Made by a program: the position numbers and the translations under genes | Origin: Octopus sinensis | Lineage: Eukaryota | Assembly (NCBI RefSeq): GCF_006345805.1 | Contig: NC_043012.1 | Span: 49,600,001 to 49,664,000 of the forward strand | Length of the DNA stretch: 64,000 bases | Reading direction: 5' to 3' | Shown here: positions 27,701 to 41,766 of the stretch, piece by piece | Position numbering within the stretch: the stretch's first letter is position 1 | Layout of the letters: each line of letters begins with the position of its first letter | Notes under the pieces: generated by a model | Database searches by the model: none | What the model was told of the DNA's origin: nothing | Seen by the model: the letters and a program-made list of their open reading frames with translations, nothing else

Positions 27701-28184
27701 CACATATACACTGTCCGATTCCGGATTTGAATGGCTTTGCCACGTTGTGCTATTCAGTTAGACATGGCCTGGGCCTATATTGACCGAAACCTATCAAATC
27801 ATGCATAAAAATTAAACATACATACAAACATACATACACACATATATATACATTCGTTTCCAGTCGAAAGACCCCTGTTGTGATGTCCTGTTATTATTAT
27901 TATTATAATTGTTGTTTCGTATATTGTTTGTATTTATATTCGTGTAACATCGTCCGTTTTTCCGTCCTTGTTTTGTATACATCCGAAGCTTCTTTCCAAG
28001 GAATATAATGCTCTTAGCTTAGTTTTTCCTTGGGGCTGGCCAGATGAGAGCTATCTCAAGATTAATCAGCCGAAATTGCGAGGATGATCCTGTTTTTGAC
28101 TGAAGATCGAAGGCTTCGAATGATCCGTCCGTGTTTTTTGTATCGTCTTCTGGATGTTTTGCGTTCTTGTTCCATTTTGTATTA

Positions 28185-28226
<42 letters not shown>

Positions 28227-28599
28227 GCATACGATTATTAGCTTCCGAGAATTATCTGGCATGGGAACCTTAACTACTAGATCAGGTGAATTGGTACTAA
28301 TATTGCTGTGGTCGCAAATATCTACTTTTAATGTGTATAAACTGTCATAGTGATGCTTTGCACTGTAAGATTCGGCTAATATGCGTCCAGCCGGAACGTT
28401 TCAAATAGGATAGGATGCGTAAGAGGCTTTTATACTGTTGCTTTTATATTGTGGGGTGTTTTAATACTGGTTCTGTCACTAATACGTATGCTTTAAAAAT
28501 TGTGACGTCAGTGCCTAGAAATCATAGTAATTCTAGATATCGTGAGATTTGGCTTGTAGATATTTAATATCCATGGGGCTATATCTTACAGCAAACCAA

Positions 28600-28990
28600 T
28601 TAAAAGAATGCTAATATTAGTGACTGAAAATCTAATCTAATCTCTCCTGCAGAAATATTTCTTGAAACAGCCCCATATTCCCAAGCTAACAGCAACTTCA
28701 GATTTAGATTGAAGGATTTGTAACCTAAAAGGAGACCAAGGACAGTAACATGGTTCATTCTCATTTTCTCTTTCAGAGAATGTCCTACCAAAGAAGTCCT
28801 AACATCAGTGGTGAGGAACTTCGGCCTATGCAACTGTCGCTTTTAAGGTTTAGTCATTTTCGCAAGATTATTTCTCAGACGATACATTGGTTTTCATGAC
28901 GCTAAATCAACGATTCCAAGTCAAGTTGGTTGGATGCGCATACTAATATTCGCTACAAGAACTGTTTGTGTCGCCTATAGGTTATATATA
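28600..28990. repeat. Composite dispersed repeat: 28600-28780 is homologous to 29450-29620 (PLE-like); 28788-28990 is homologous to 20120-20315
   Basis: Shared GATTTGTAAC.TAAAAGGAGA.CAAG..ACATGGTTCATTCTCA with the PLE fragment downstream. Confidence 0.65.
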
Positions 28991-28995
28991 TAGGT

Positions 28996-29026
<31 letters not shown>

Positions 29027-29042
29027 ATATATATAAACTGTG

Positions 29043-29347
29043 GAGGTGCGTAGCTTAGTGGTTAGGATGTTGAACTCATGATCGTAAGGTCGTGGTTTCG
29101 ATTTCTGGACCGGGCTATGCGTTGTGTTTTTGAGCAAAACACTTCATTTCACGCTGCATTGTGAGTATTTATTGAGCGAAAACACCTAAAGCTCCGGCAG
29201 AGGTTGGTGGCGATCCCTGCTATACTCTTTCGCCGCCACTTTCTCTCACTCTTTCTTCTGTTGGCCTTCTCGCTTAGCCAGCGGGGTGGCGTCATTGAAG
29301 TCTATAACAATGCGAAGCGCATTGTGACCAGCAATGTGTAGCAACAT
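29043..29347 (+). mobile_element. Chimeric SINE (family B head and CORE start, family C-like body, distinct tail)
   Basis: GGTGCGTAGCTTAGTGGTTAG..GTTTCGATT..GAGCAAAACAC, then TATTTATTGAGCGAAAACACCTAAAGCTCC. Confidence 0.7.
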
Positions 29348-29574
29348 GTGTAGTGTGTGTGTATGTATGTGTGTGTGTGTGTGTATGGTACATGACGAAC
29401 AAGAACTATTTAACATCTGTGGGTCTATATCTTATAACTAATCAATTAAAAATATGTTAACATTAGTGATTGAATGTCTAATCTCTCACTATTAAAACAG
29501 CCCCCTATCATGACTAACAGCGACTTCAGATATTATGTATCTTGGAACATTTCGACTGAGAGATTTGTAACATA

Positions 29575-30050
29575 AAAGGAGATCAAGAACAATGACATGG
29601 TTCATTCTCACTTCCTCTTTCAATGTTAAAACTAACTTAGTGAAAAATTTCTTCGCATTATTTGTTAAGCATTTCCCAATAAACCATAAATACAGGAAAA
29701 TATTTAATGGCTGTGTGGTAAAAATCTCATTCATCGGCTGCCTCAAGATGAAAGACATCATCACACCCAATTCATATCAGGAGCCCACTCTTAGTTGTCC
29801 CTGTCGTGACCATGAATGTTGCCCACTCGAGCAGTCATTCTTTATAAATACAGTTGCTTTTGAAGCTGAAGTTACAGCAATGTTCCAAAGTAACGTAACA
29901 AATAAAAGTCCTTTCTTTTAGTGAATGTAATTGTAAAAGGAGATAGGCAAACCACTAGTCTTCAATGTTGACTAACAATATATGGGATCTGAAGACCAAC
30001 GGCGAACCCCATACAATCAAGTGGAAAAATTCATGTTATATGTAAATAGG
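29575..30050 (+). mobile_element. Penelope-like element fragment (linker and GIY-YIG region)
   Basis: WF..NVKTNLVKNFFALFVKHFPINHKYRKIFN..VKISF..CPCR..CPL..EAEVT, then IWDLK..IKWK, matching the PLE post-RT region. Confidence 0.8.
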
Positions 30051-30580
30051 ACAAAGAAATGCAACTGAAGTGAAGCCGAAAGATCTCACATTATGTTTAG
30101 ATCCAACAATATCCACCACACCAGATAATTTATGCATGGACAAATTTCTGTGTCAAACTGGAGGACATCACATTCTGTGCATTCATCATGCTGTCTCACA
30201 GACAGCGGCCCCGTTGAATTATTCTATACCTGCTATTTTAACTGGGAATTTGACACAGAAAGGTTTCGCAAGTCGTGATTTTTAAAATTTTCTTTCTCTT
30301 TTGTTTTCATTTACCGTTTTCTCATTCCACTTTTTTCTCATTCAGCCTTTTGTATTCATTTTCCTGTAGCCTTTTGTCTTGTTTTCTCAGATACCAACGT
30401 TCTTTCTTGGTTTTTCAAAGAAGATCGGCCATTTTGTGAACGCGAGTCTGATGGATTGCTTGGACACACAGGCCACGTCAATATATTAGTAGCTCATATT
30501 TAGATATGGTGTAAATTAAGTGATATCTTTCACTGGTCGTAATACTTTTTCTTTAACCTACTAATAACATAATAGTAAAC

Positions 30581-30613
<33 letters not shown>

Positions 30614-30864
30614 GTGTATATATATATAGTTAATCTAAACAAGAAAGCACAAAAAAACACAACGACGCGAGGACGTGGAACAAATATAGTATTATTGGTC
30701 GCTCAGGAACGAAGGAAAGAAGGAGGGCTCAACGTTTCGAGCGGAGCTCTTCGTCGGAGAAGTATATATATATATATATGTATATATATATACACATATA
30801 TATATGTATAATATATATATATATGTATGTATATATATATACATACATAAGTATATATATGTAA

Positions 30865-30896
<32 letters not shown>

Positions 30897-31113
30897 CACA
30901 TACATCCAGGATATCTCTCTTTGCGGATATCTCTCTCTCCTAGACATATTCTTTCTTATTTTCCAGACTTGTTGAATCACCCTCAAAGATATGATTGCAC
31001 CACTTTGTCTTTTGGAGATATCTCTCTCACATCACGACTCTCTCGATAACAGGATCTCCTTTTACTCTTGAATTTCTCATACACCATGTCTGATGGCACA
31101 GAAGCTGCATGTT

Positions 31114-31117
<4 letters not shown>

Positions 31118-31162
<45 letters not shown>
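31118..31162. repeat. (CT)n microsatellite
   Basis: Direct reading. Confidence 0.95.
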
Positions 31163-31163
<1 letters not shown>

Positions 31164-33819
31164 ACAATGCGTCTGAAATTGATGTCTGTGATTGACCTAT
31201 TAAACAACTTTGCTATTCTTTGCACTAGTATTATTGCACCATGAATTTTATTTCGATTAATAACAGACTTATGATGGTTGCAGCCGATATCTCCTCACTG
31301 TAATTATCTCCCACATCTACATCTGATATTTCAAATAACTTAAGTGTTCAATAATTTCTCCAGCGATTTCTCTCCGAGAGAATGTTGTGAACGATCAGTA
31401 TGAGAGAGTCACGTGGGTAAGTGTATAGACAATTGTTTCTTGAAACAGCTCATCTGCTTCTGAACGCTAATCCGTGCTCTAGGAGCATTCTGCTCGTTGC
31501 AATGATAAACTTGTTTGGTTACTGCATAGATGGGCCGGCTAAATAGGGTTGACAGTAGCCGAATCTTAGGTGAATCCAAGAATTTAACATCCAACATATG
31601 TGAAGCCGAGATTTTCAACGAAATGTGCGAATGAAATGCTGTTATCGAAGCATAGATGTTTAACTGAGCGAAAATAAGATTGTAAACAATGTAGCTATGA
31701 GATATGTACCTCAGATCACAATAAGATAGTGTATTCATCTTATCCAACAGATCTGTGATGTACTTCTAGTCATCTCGGCCAACTTTGCCATTGGCACAAG
31801 AAACTGCTGATGAAGTTAGCTTTCCACCTTAATTCTATCTCATTCAAGCGCAAATCAGGATTTGAATTTCTGAGAATTATTAACAGGCGGCTGATCTTTC
31901 GTTTCGCTGATCACTGCGTCAAGTGCTCTACAAATATGAAATACTGCAACTTGCCTCCTGAGGACTTATGGAACATCTAGTATATTGTAGTGTAATAAGG
32001 ATTTTCGGCCCTCTGTGCTTTTGCATTCTTTGTTTTGGATGTTTTTTAATAAGTGCTAGCATCAACTCGTTGGCATTCCTGCTTGTCTTTGAAAAGAAAG
32101 ACAAACAAGAAATGAAAAACCTTTACAACATATGTTTTATAGCACAAAAGAATTTAAAATGTTTCAGTTAATGGCTGAAAGTACCCATCTCTGCATTGTC
32201 CGTTTTCCTTCTTGTAAATTTTTCAGAAAACTAGGTATCATAAATAACCTAGCACCCCCAACTAACTAAATAACTTACAATCCCCAAGCACGTAGCTGTT
32301 TCTGAAGCTGGCAAAGCAAGCAGTCTATAAATTGTAGTTAATGTTCCAGATTATTAACAATCGGATTGTTTGCACTTACCACTGCAACGCATTTAAGGCT
32401 ACAACAAAAGTCCCCTTGTTCTTTACACTGCATTAAAACAATCTCGTTTCCTAACTGGATTCTCAATTTCTTCTTTCATTACTAAATGTATCTAACAACT
32501 TTGTTGAATACTCCTAATTATGATTTCCCAATAACGATAATTCTGTTAATATCACTTCAAGTGGAAAATAAACTTCGAAGTTACTAGTGTTAGTATCTGA
32601 TTCTGCGCTGCGTTCACACAATAAAATTGGTTTCAATGTTCGTTCCTTTAAGTCCTCAATGTCACCAAGCTGTTCACCTTAATGACACGCCAGAAAAAAT
32701 TTCGCAACGGTCCAACCCAACCCAACCCAACAAAAATATTGCGATTCACTGATAATATTATCTTCCGGCATACTGAAACAGAGCAAGCTCCTAACCATGT
32801 CATATTCTTCATTCAAACTCACTCAATTCTTTGTTTTAATTTACCTCCTCTCTTCTCTCTATTAATCCCATTCAATCTATTATTCTGAGAACTACAATAG
32901 ACGTCGACGTTCCTGCTTTCAGGAATTCATTAGGAAATTTACCTCAGACACTAAATTCTTTGCTAACTGTAAATATACTGGTGACGTTTTGCGTATATAG
33001 CATAGTCCCATGCAGTTACAATAACTGAAAATAGTTATTGTAATGTATATTCAGTGTGATAAGAAGAAAGACTGAAGAAATAGGGATCGTCCAAATTACT
33101 ACTTTAGTTTATCCGTTTATATTACCGACAATATAATGCATTACTTACGTATAAACGAATGGAAATTAGTAAGTAAAAATGAGCAGTGCATTGCAAGACC
33201 CCGAAAACGTTGCGATTTGAAACCGTATTACTTCATTCACGATACTGTTACACTCAGCTCTTCATTATTGTCGTTCTTTTATTCTGTTAAAACGAATTAC
33301 ACAATATTTCTTACAAAAAAGGGGAAAAAAAGAACACCCACACATGTTTGGATTATAAACAATTTCCTATTCCGGTTAGTATTTTTTTACTGTTATTTTT
33401 ATCGTCATTATTTTTGTGTATATTTTCTTCTTCTTTTACCTCTAAGTGATTTAACATTGGTGGAAATAAGCTAGCTTCATAAATCATGATGACACGCCAC
33501 CTTCTCCCGTGACACTCTTCCCTACTTTGTTACACTAGTCTGCCTTGTGATGAATAACTTCCGCCGACACTGTCTGCATCATCGATTTATCAATAGGACA
33601 ATGAAAAACCTCGAATCCCGTCTATCTTCGATCCCATCCCCATTCACACAACACGCACACACACTTATACATACATACATACAAACACTGACGCACACAT
33701 ACACGCTTCCTCCATCTATCACGTCTCAGCACTATTCGATCATGTATATTTCTTTTTCTCTTTCTCTCATTCTTTCTCTCTCTCTCTAACTTCATCCTCT
33801 CTCCATTTATCTCCAACAC

Positions 33820-34085
33820 TTTTTTTATGTACGTATACATACATATACATATATTTATATATATATGTATGTATATATATATGTATATATATATATATAT
33901 ATATACACATACGTACACACACACATATATATATATATGTATATTCATATACATATACATACATACATACATATATATATATATATTATATTATATATAT
34001 ATATATATATATTATAATATATATATATATATTATATTATATAATATATTATATATATATATATATAATATATATATATGTACGT
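33820..34085. repeat. (TA)n/(TACA)n microsatellite
   Basis: Direct reading. Confidence 0.95.
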
Positions 34086-37000
34086 ATTTCAATGTACAGT
34101 TATTTAGAATACAAGAATTGAGAGAGGCACGTTCAGTGACTTTGCTATATTATGGTCGATTCTATACAATGTCTTTGAAATTTTCTTTGATGTCAGCTGA
34201 CTATGCGTGTCAGGGAATTGTCTTTTTATGCAAAAGAAAAGCCGTGACATTAAAGGAATATTAACGAATGCAGGAAATAGTGAGGGAGAAAGAGAGAGAG
34301 ACACAGTGAAAGTGATAGTGAGAGAGAGGCGGGGGGAGAGAGAGTGAGCAAAAGAGTGAGAGAATGAAAAATAAGACACATACAAACACAGCAAACCTAA
34401 AGAACAAAAACGTGTATAAAGATACGAGGTCGAAGAAAACGGTTAATAACCTGGCCTTATCATATTTCTTTGATACATTCCTGATTGGTGCCTGTCTCTA
34501 CAGACTGTTAATAGTCTAGAAGGTACATTTTGACCATCAAGGCATTCATCTATTCAAGACATGTATCTTCGGTTTTCAAGGAATTCTCTCCTGAAATGAA
34601 GTATAAAAATCTTCCTCAATCGCCTCCAAATCTTTCAATATTCTATTAACATGAGAATTTCCCGAAGTGGAAAATTCCTTGTTTCTTTATTGTATCTTTC
34701 TTTTTTTATTTCCAACATTTTTTATGGCTTTTTAATGCTTCATATATACCAACTATGTTAAACATACACCATATGATTGTCGTACTTTTCAGTGCAAGTA
34801 TGTATGCACACGCACGCACACACACAGACACACACACACAAATACCTACACATGCACACACACATACATACGCAAAACTCATATGCATATAACCCATCTA
34901 TATACGCAGATGCATATCCATAGAAGCATGCGTACGTCACACAGAGATACGTACGTAAATATGCATGTTCATATATCTGTGTGTGTGTGTTTGTGTTTGT
35001 ATGTATATATGTATATATTTCATTGTATATATTCATACTTTATGCAATATGAGTGCAGTAACTTTGAATTATTTTTTTGTAGTTTATGAATATGTGAAAG
35101 TCTTAGAATCCTGGTTATAAATTTGTCTCTTTTTCTCTATTCTTCTTTACAATGCACCTATTATTAAGGAAACTCTTTCCATTTTCTCTCTCATCTCTGC
35201 ATATCTATGTTTCAACTATTTGCATTTGGATAATAGGAGTTGATCTTTCAAGATGCACATTTTCCTTTCATACTCTTCCTGCTCAACTAGTATTAATCGT
35301 TTTCTTAGTGGGTGTAGTTTCATCCTCCTATTATTACATTTATAAATATACATGCTATTCAGGATATTATTTCTGTCCTCAATGAATAGAGTTTCTTTGA
35401 CAATGCCATCGTTTTACTTTTTCTAATTCAATATAACGTATCTTACTATTTTTTGACAACCAAATGATATCCGATTTTAATATAGTGCACCCCAGGGATT
35501 ATACGAGTTCTATTCCTATATCATTCGTTGCTTAATTTATTCTCGGCAATCTGAGCAATTTTGCCTTAATAATTTCTTTGATACTTGATAGAATTAGTAT
35601 GTAATACATCATTAATAAGAATGAAATTGAAGGTCGATAATCCGAAATATACGATCATTAATATGAAATTTTAAGTGTATATAATTGCTGAACAATGAAA
35701 TTTAGACGACAATTAATAGAAAGAATGCTGACATTTGTCCCGTTACTTGATTTCTAATCTAATCTTCGCAGAAGATGCTCTTCATTTCACGGGGGAAGAT
35801 AAAATGAGATGAAATATAGAACTCCTAAAAGTTATCATTGCAATTTGAAATCGATGTAAGTTCGTATAATTGACAGATGCACAATTGCACCAACCTTTGT
35901 TGATATAGCCATGATTGAGATGCCCTTTTATGCCTAAATTTTTTTTTTATTAAAAACTCCAGGATACGTTCTGTCCTGTTTGCAAGTTATTGTTCTTTAA
36001 TAAGCATTGTGTTAAAAATTTTATTTTGCATATGTTGTGCAAATATCTTAACTGACAAAATTCCTAAGACTTTAACTCAGAAACGCATTAAGCTGTCCAA
36101 CAAAAAATTCGTCTTTGTACATCTAAAACAAACAGCATTCTATATTTGAAGCAAGGTCCGAATGTAAGCTCAACTCTCGTAATTTATGTTGCGTTACTTT
36201 CTGTGTAAATTTACACGACGTATTGTCTTTATGTATATACAAATACACAGCGGGGTATTGAGATTTAAGATTCATATAAGAATCTATGAGATATGCCGGC
36301 AAAAATTTTGCAATATATTCTCCCTTAAAGACTGTGTCCCATTCAACAAATGTGGGTGAAATTATGGCAAAATTTTACTCCGGCATCACATTAGATGTAA
36401 GGAGCAAAATATCCACTCTTATCTGAGTAGACAATGATCAGCCTGACAGTAGCTATGCGATAATTTGTGAGGAATAAGTGCCTGCTTATGAGGCAAATAA
36501 ACAAATAAAATGTCTCTAAGTTTTCAATTGGTTGTATTTGTGATATCAAATGATTGACCTATCACTAAATCGTTTAAACACAAACATCACTGCAGATAAA
36601 AATACTGCAGTGAATGTTGCTTCTGTTAAGGTGCTGGCCCTAAACATCGTTCGGTGTGCTTCTTTTCTCCATGTTCTTGCTTTTGAGATGTGTTCAATCA
36701 CACCATATCGCTATTTTTGACACCATCAGTTGAAGAGTAATTGAAGTTAAATCTGCAGGAAAATTACATTAGTTGTGGTGTTATACGATATTGTATGATT
36801 GCGGCAGCTGCGAATTATTCGATAAAGAGTGGGACTTCGCCCTTCACTTAGAAATAGTATCTCTTACGTTTCAACATAATATATACCCTGTTGCTATACG
36901 CAAAGAAAACAGGAAAGTTAGACATTTGTTTTTATTCAGTTTCTCCAATTTTAAGGCAAATCAGCTGAGGTATGTCAATTTTTTTTCTCTTCGGGTTTTG

Positions 37001-37345
37001 AAAGAAATCCAATTTACTGCATCTGATTTTCCGCCATGATGTAATGGAAATTACTCTGTATTCTGAAGTATCATAACTATACAATTTATATCCTAAATAT
37101 GATCCATCCCAATTCATGAATATTGGACAGTATAAAGAAGGTCTACCAGATCATGGAATTTGCCTCGATTATTCTTTCCTGCATAAATTATTAGATTACC
37201 TGAAGTTACGGAAACAGAAATTTATTATTTTGGAACTATGTTTCGATAAACTTTGTTGAAATTTTCTAAAATATTTCTTCTTGTCCATATTTGCCAAAAG
37301 TTTAGACCATTTTCCTGAAAATAAAAAAAAAAAAAACAAGTCCAT

Positions 37346-37485
37346 GATGTCGCGTTTCAGTTTCTTGTCCTTCTCTGTTGCTCAGTTAGATTCCCAACAA
37401 GGTGATACTGATTCCGATGTCGCGTTTCAGTTTCTTGTCCTTCTCTGTTGCTCAGTTAGATTCCCAACAAGGTGATACTGATTCC
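37346..37485. repeat. Perfect 70-bp tandem duplication
   Basis: GATGTCGCGTTTCAG..GATACTGATTCC at 37346-37415 and 37416-37485. Confidence 0.95.
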
Positions 37486-37979
37486 AAATAGGATTTACTC
37501 TGGCTGACCCCTTAAGATCAGGCTGAGTCCTTGGTTAGAAAACATTCATGACATATTTGAGTATAATAATTAACCTAGTCAATTATTATACTCAAAATGG
37601 GAAACAATGCATCATCGTTAACAACAATGTTCTGATATGATTTATATTGCATTAATTCCACAGTTATATTCAGGATACGCACTGGATTAGTTACCATTAG
37701 GCGTGACAATAAATGTGTCTTGGTGCAGTTTGGTATTCTCCCAGTAAGTATTTTTGGCGTGGGAGTTAATGTAGGTCCCGAAAGAGCAACGAAGCAAGAT
37801 TTCCATCATAGCTAATGAAGTTAAACAATATCTCGAAATAAATCTGTATGATGCTCACAGAGCTGTGCGTTTCTTTTGAGGACATAAATCTCCAACACAG
37901 AACTGCTTTTTGTTTTATCGATGCCAAAAGGAAAAAAAGTCAAGGATGGTCCCGGTCAGATTTCAACGTCCGCAATGCT

Positions 37980-38681
<702 letters not shown>

Positions 38682-39403
38682 ATCAACATAATAATCTTAT
38701 CATCACATTCTGCTGCTGCTATTAGAGTTGTTGTGGAATTCTTTCGGCTCCATTGTTATTAACGATTCCTTATTACGCTGTTTACCCAAAAAGTCGGACA
38801 TTTATTCATATTTACAATATTTAGTCTCCTCAGAAATATCGCTCGTGTTTATTTGTCACCTCACACGTTTACTTTCACACATTTTCTTTCCAATTCTCTC
38901 ATGTTTTTCACAAACGCATAATCATGTTCGTATTTTTTAATTCCCCAATTTTTCTCAACTTACAAGCAGATTTCTCCTACCTTACCCACCACATCTCATC
39001 ATGTTGTTATTCTATTAAATTTATATTTTCCTTTACTTGAATAGGTTTATATTTTATTCTCTTTCTTCCTTTGCAAATTTCTGTTTCACATTTTATACAT
39101 TGAAAACATTTAATCGCAAGTCATTAGACGAGACAGAAACACAAAGCGAAAAGGAAAAGAAACAAAATATATGAGGTAAATACAATCGTTAACTAACTAT
39201 ATGCCATCTTTTGTGTGTTACTCTCTTTTATACCTAACTCTGTTCGCCCTGCTTTTATTTACTTCTTACATGCAAATATGTACATATCTATAAATATATG
39301 TATGTAATTTTTCTATGTATGTATGTGTGTATGTATGTATGTATGTATGTATGTATGTATGTATGTATGTATGTATGTATGTATGTATGTATGTATGCAT
39401 CTA

Positions 39404-39434
<31 letters not shown>

Positions 39435-39435
<1 letters not shown>

Positions 39436-39800
39436 AGGAAAGTGAGAGTAGAGAGGCAAGTTTTGTCTAGTGAATGTTTTAAAAAAAGATGGGTGAATGT
39501 AGCAAGGATAGCATGTATGAATGACGAAGCCACCTTGACTATGATCCTATGAACCGTAAAAATTAATACAGAGAGTTGCTTATTTGTAACATTGACCGAG
39601 GTTACCGTGGTCTTTTCCGTAGGCTTTTCTTTCCACGGGTAAACCTCACCTGTCTTCCCCTTTACACTTTATTGTGACATTTCTGTGATAACGATCCCAA
39701 TTGATCGAAAACCAACCCCCCTTTTTTATCCACAAAAATAAAAACTCTACCTTGTAATTTGTCCCGTCTGTGTGCAGCCTTGTGTGGCTAATAAAGAAAC
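39435..39800 (+). mobile_element. Tx1/L1-like LINE 3' end, 5'-truncated, flanked by (CTAT)n
   Basis: KVRVERQVLSSECFKKRWVNVARIA* resembles the L1/Tx1 C-terminal F..RW. The 3' UTR ends AATAAAGAAACA+(CTAT)n and is homologous to 60607-60931. Clade assignment is inference. Confidence 0.65.
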
Positions 39801-39801
39801 A

Positions 39802-39853
<52 letters not shown>

Positions 39854-41465
39854 CATATATATATATCGATCTCTCTATCTATATATCTGTCTGTCTGTCT
39901 GTCTCCTTGTCTGCCAGTTGGTTTCACTATCGATGAAATTGTTTCCTTCTCTCACTGTCTTTACTTTATAAAACTAGGCTTTTGCATGCTTAATAAAACA
40001 CTATCACCGAAACACTGTCACTTTTCTCATGAAAAGCATCTTCATCTATATATTTTTATGTGCATATGTGTGTGAGTGTGTTTATTTATTTTTTATACAT
40101 ACATACATACATACACGCACAAACATCCATCCAGTAATCCATCCATCCATACATCCATATATACATACATACATACATATATACATACATACATACATAA
40201 ATATATACATACATAGATACATACATACTGAAACTTACAGACGTCGTCAGGCATTTCTTGCGCCGAAAACCTTTCTCTCCTGTAATAACTGTGTTTTTAT
40301 ATTAGACTAAAAATACAGTATATAACTTTATAATGCATTTTACAATTGCCACGCAACATTCCTAGGCTAATTAAAAAACCTCACATAGACAAGGTAGCAA
40401 GTTTATTTAGAAGCAAGTTTTTGTATTTTTAGAATATATCCTAGAAATGCTGATGTAAGCAGGATTTGTGACGTTACGGCAATCATTTCAATGCAGAAAG
40501 TGAAAGTACTTGCATTGGTCTACCACCGTTTGAAATTTTAAGCTTATACGAAATTCCAGACAAAAGTTAGTAGGTGTGTGTGTGTGTGTGTCAGAATAGC
40601 TTTCAGGACACAAGCTTAATCTACCTGTGATTTAGCGTTCAAATTACAGGACTTAAGAGATTAAGTGTCTTTTGCAAATCCAGTTTTAAATATTTTTTCT
40701 GCTGAAGTACAATGGTACATTGCCAGGTGTAATATGTCCAACACGGCGATGCTCCCTTAAAAGAAATTACTACGATATCAATGATATCCAGTCAATTCCA
40801 TTGATATTTTTGATAACTGCAAACTATAATATATCCCCATGAATACGACTTCTTGCGCCAACAAATTACTTTAAGTATGACAGTAAGTTAAAGATATACG
40901 TTCATCGAAATTTGAAACAGGCCCTAAAAGGCATTGAGAGAATGAGAACAACCTAGATTGTGACCTGTGTGAAGAAAAGTGAAAATGTCTGGTTGTAGTT
41001 CTGAATGCAGTTCTATATTGATAGGAAGTGAACGACTAAATTTTAAAAGAGTTCCCAGAAAATCATATTATATTTGTTATCATGGGATTTCATATTTTCC
41101 AAGAGTAAAATTTGATATCAAGAAATCATGTATGGTTCGAAGACAATGTAAATACTGTTGTGACTGAGACACCAGGGTCCAAAGTTTGTTTGATGTGGAG
41201 CTGATGATGTGAGGCCGTGAGTGAGCTACAAAGCAAGGAGTGTATATAGGAGAGCCATCCAATATACTTCAATTGAGTTCTCCGTATATGGGTAAAATTT
41301 TGACATTTTATTAGGAAGTCGTATTAGATTTTTATATAACTGAATTCCGCGTTACGACAAAATCGTCAAGAAGTGGGATTCCTCTATAAAGTGGAAACAT
41401 ATTTATATATAAAGATGTGTATGTGTGTGTATATGTGTGTGGAGGCGGGCTTCTGTGTGTATTGA

Positions 41466-41766
41466 GACCCCCCTTCGGTCATGAATGACCGTGGGATTGT
41501 CCGGGCAAGGTTGTTTATGGAAGACCAGCAGTCGCTCTTGCATACCTGACTCACCTCTCCACGCCACCAGAGTTATTCAAGGGAAAGGCAAAGGGGCCGA
41601 TACAGCTTGGCACCTGTGACGTCGCAACTCATTTCTACAGCTGAGTGAACTGGAGCAACATGAAATAAAGTGTCTTGCTCAAGAACACAACACGCAACCC
41701 GGTCCGGGATTCGAACTCACAACCTCACGATCGTAAGCTCGACGCTCTAACCACTGAGCCATGCGC
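41466..41766 (-). mobile_element. CORE-like SINE family B
   Basis: Reverse GGCGCATGGCTCAGTGGTTAGAGCG..GAGTTCGAATCCC..GAGCAAGACACTTTATTTC. Confidence 0.9.

Noticed and set aside
28033-28095. Hammerhead candidate CAGATGA..AGCCGAAA
   Set aside because: The core is mutated and stems I and III do not pair; at best a dead relic.
34188-34215. Palindromic GTCAGCTGAC (E-box/TALE sites) as an enhancer
   Set aside because: A single short motif is expected by chance in 64 kb.
37346-37485. CRISPR-like or satellite array (also the 22-bp repeats at 57311-57368)
   Set aside because: Only 2-3 contiguous units with no spacers, in a eukaryotic context with no cas genes.
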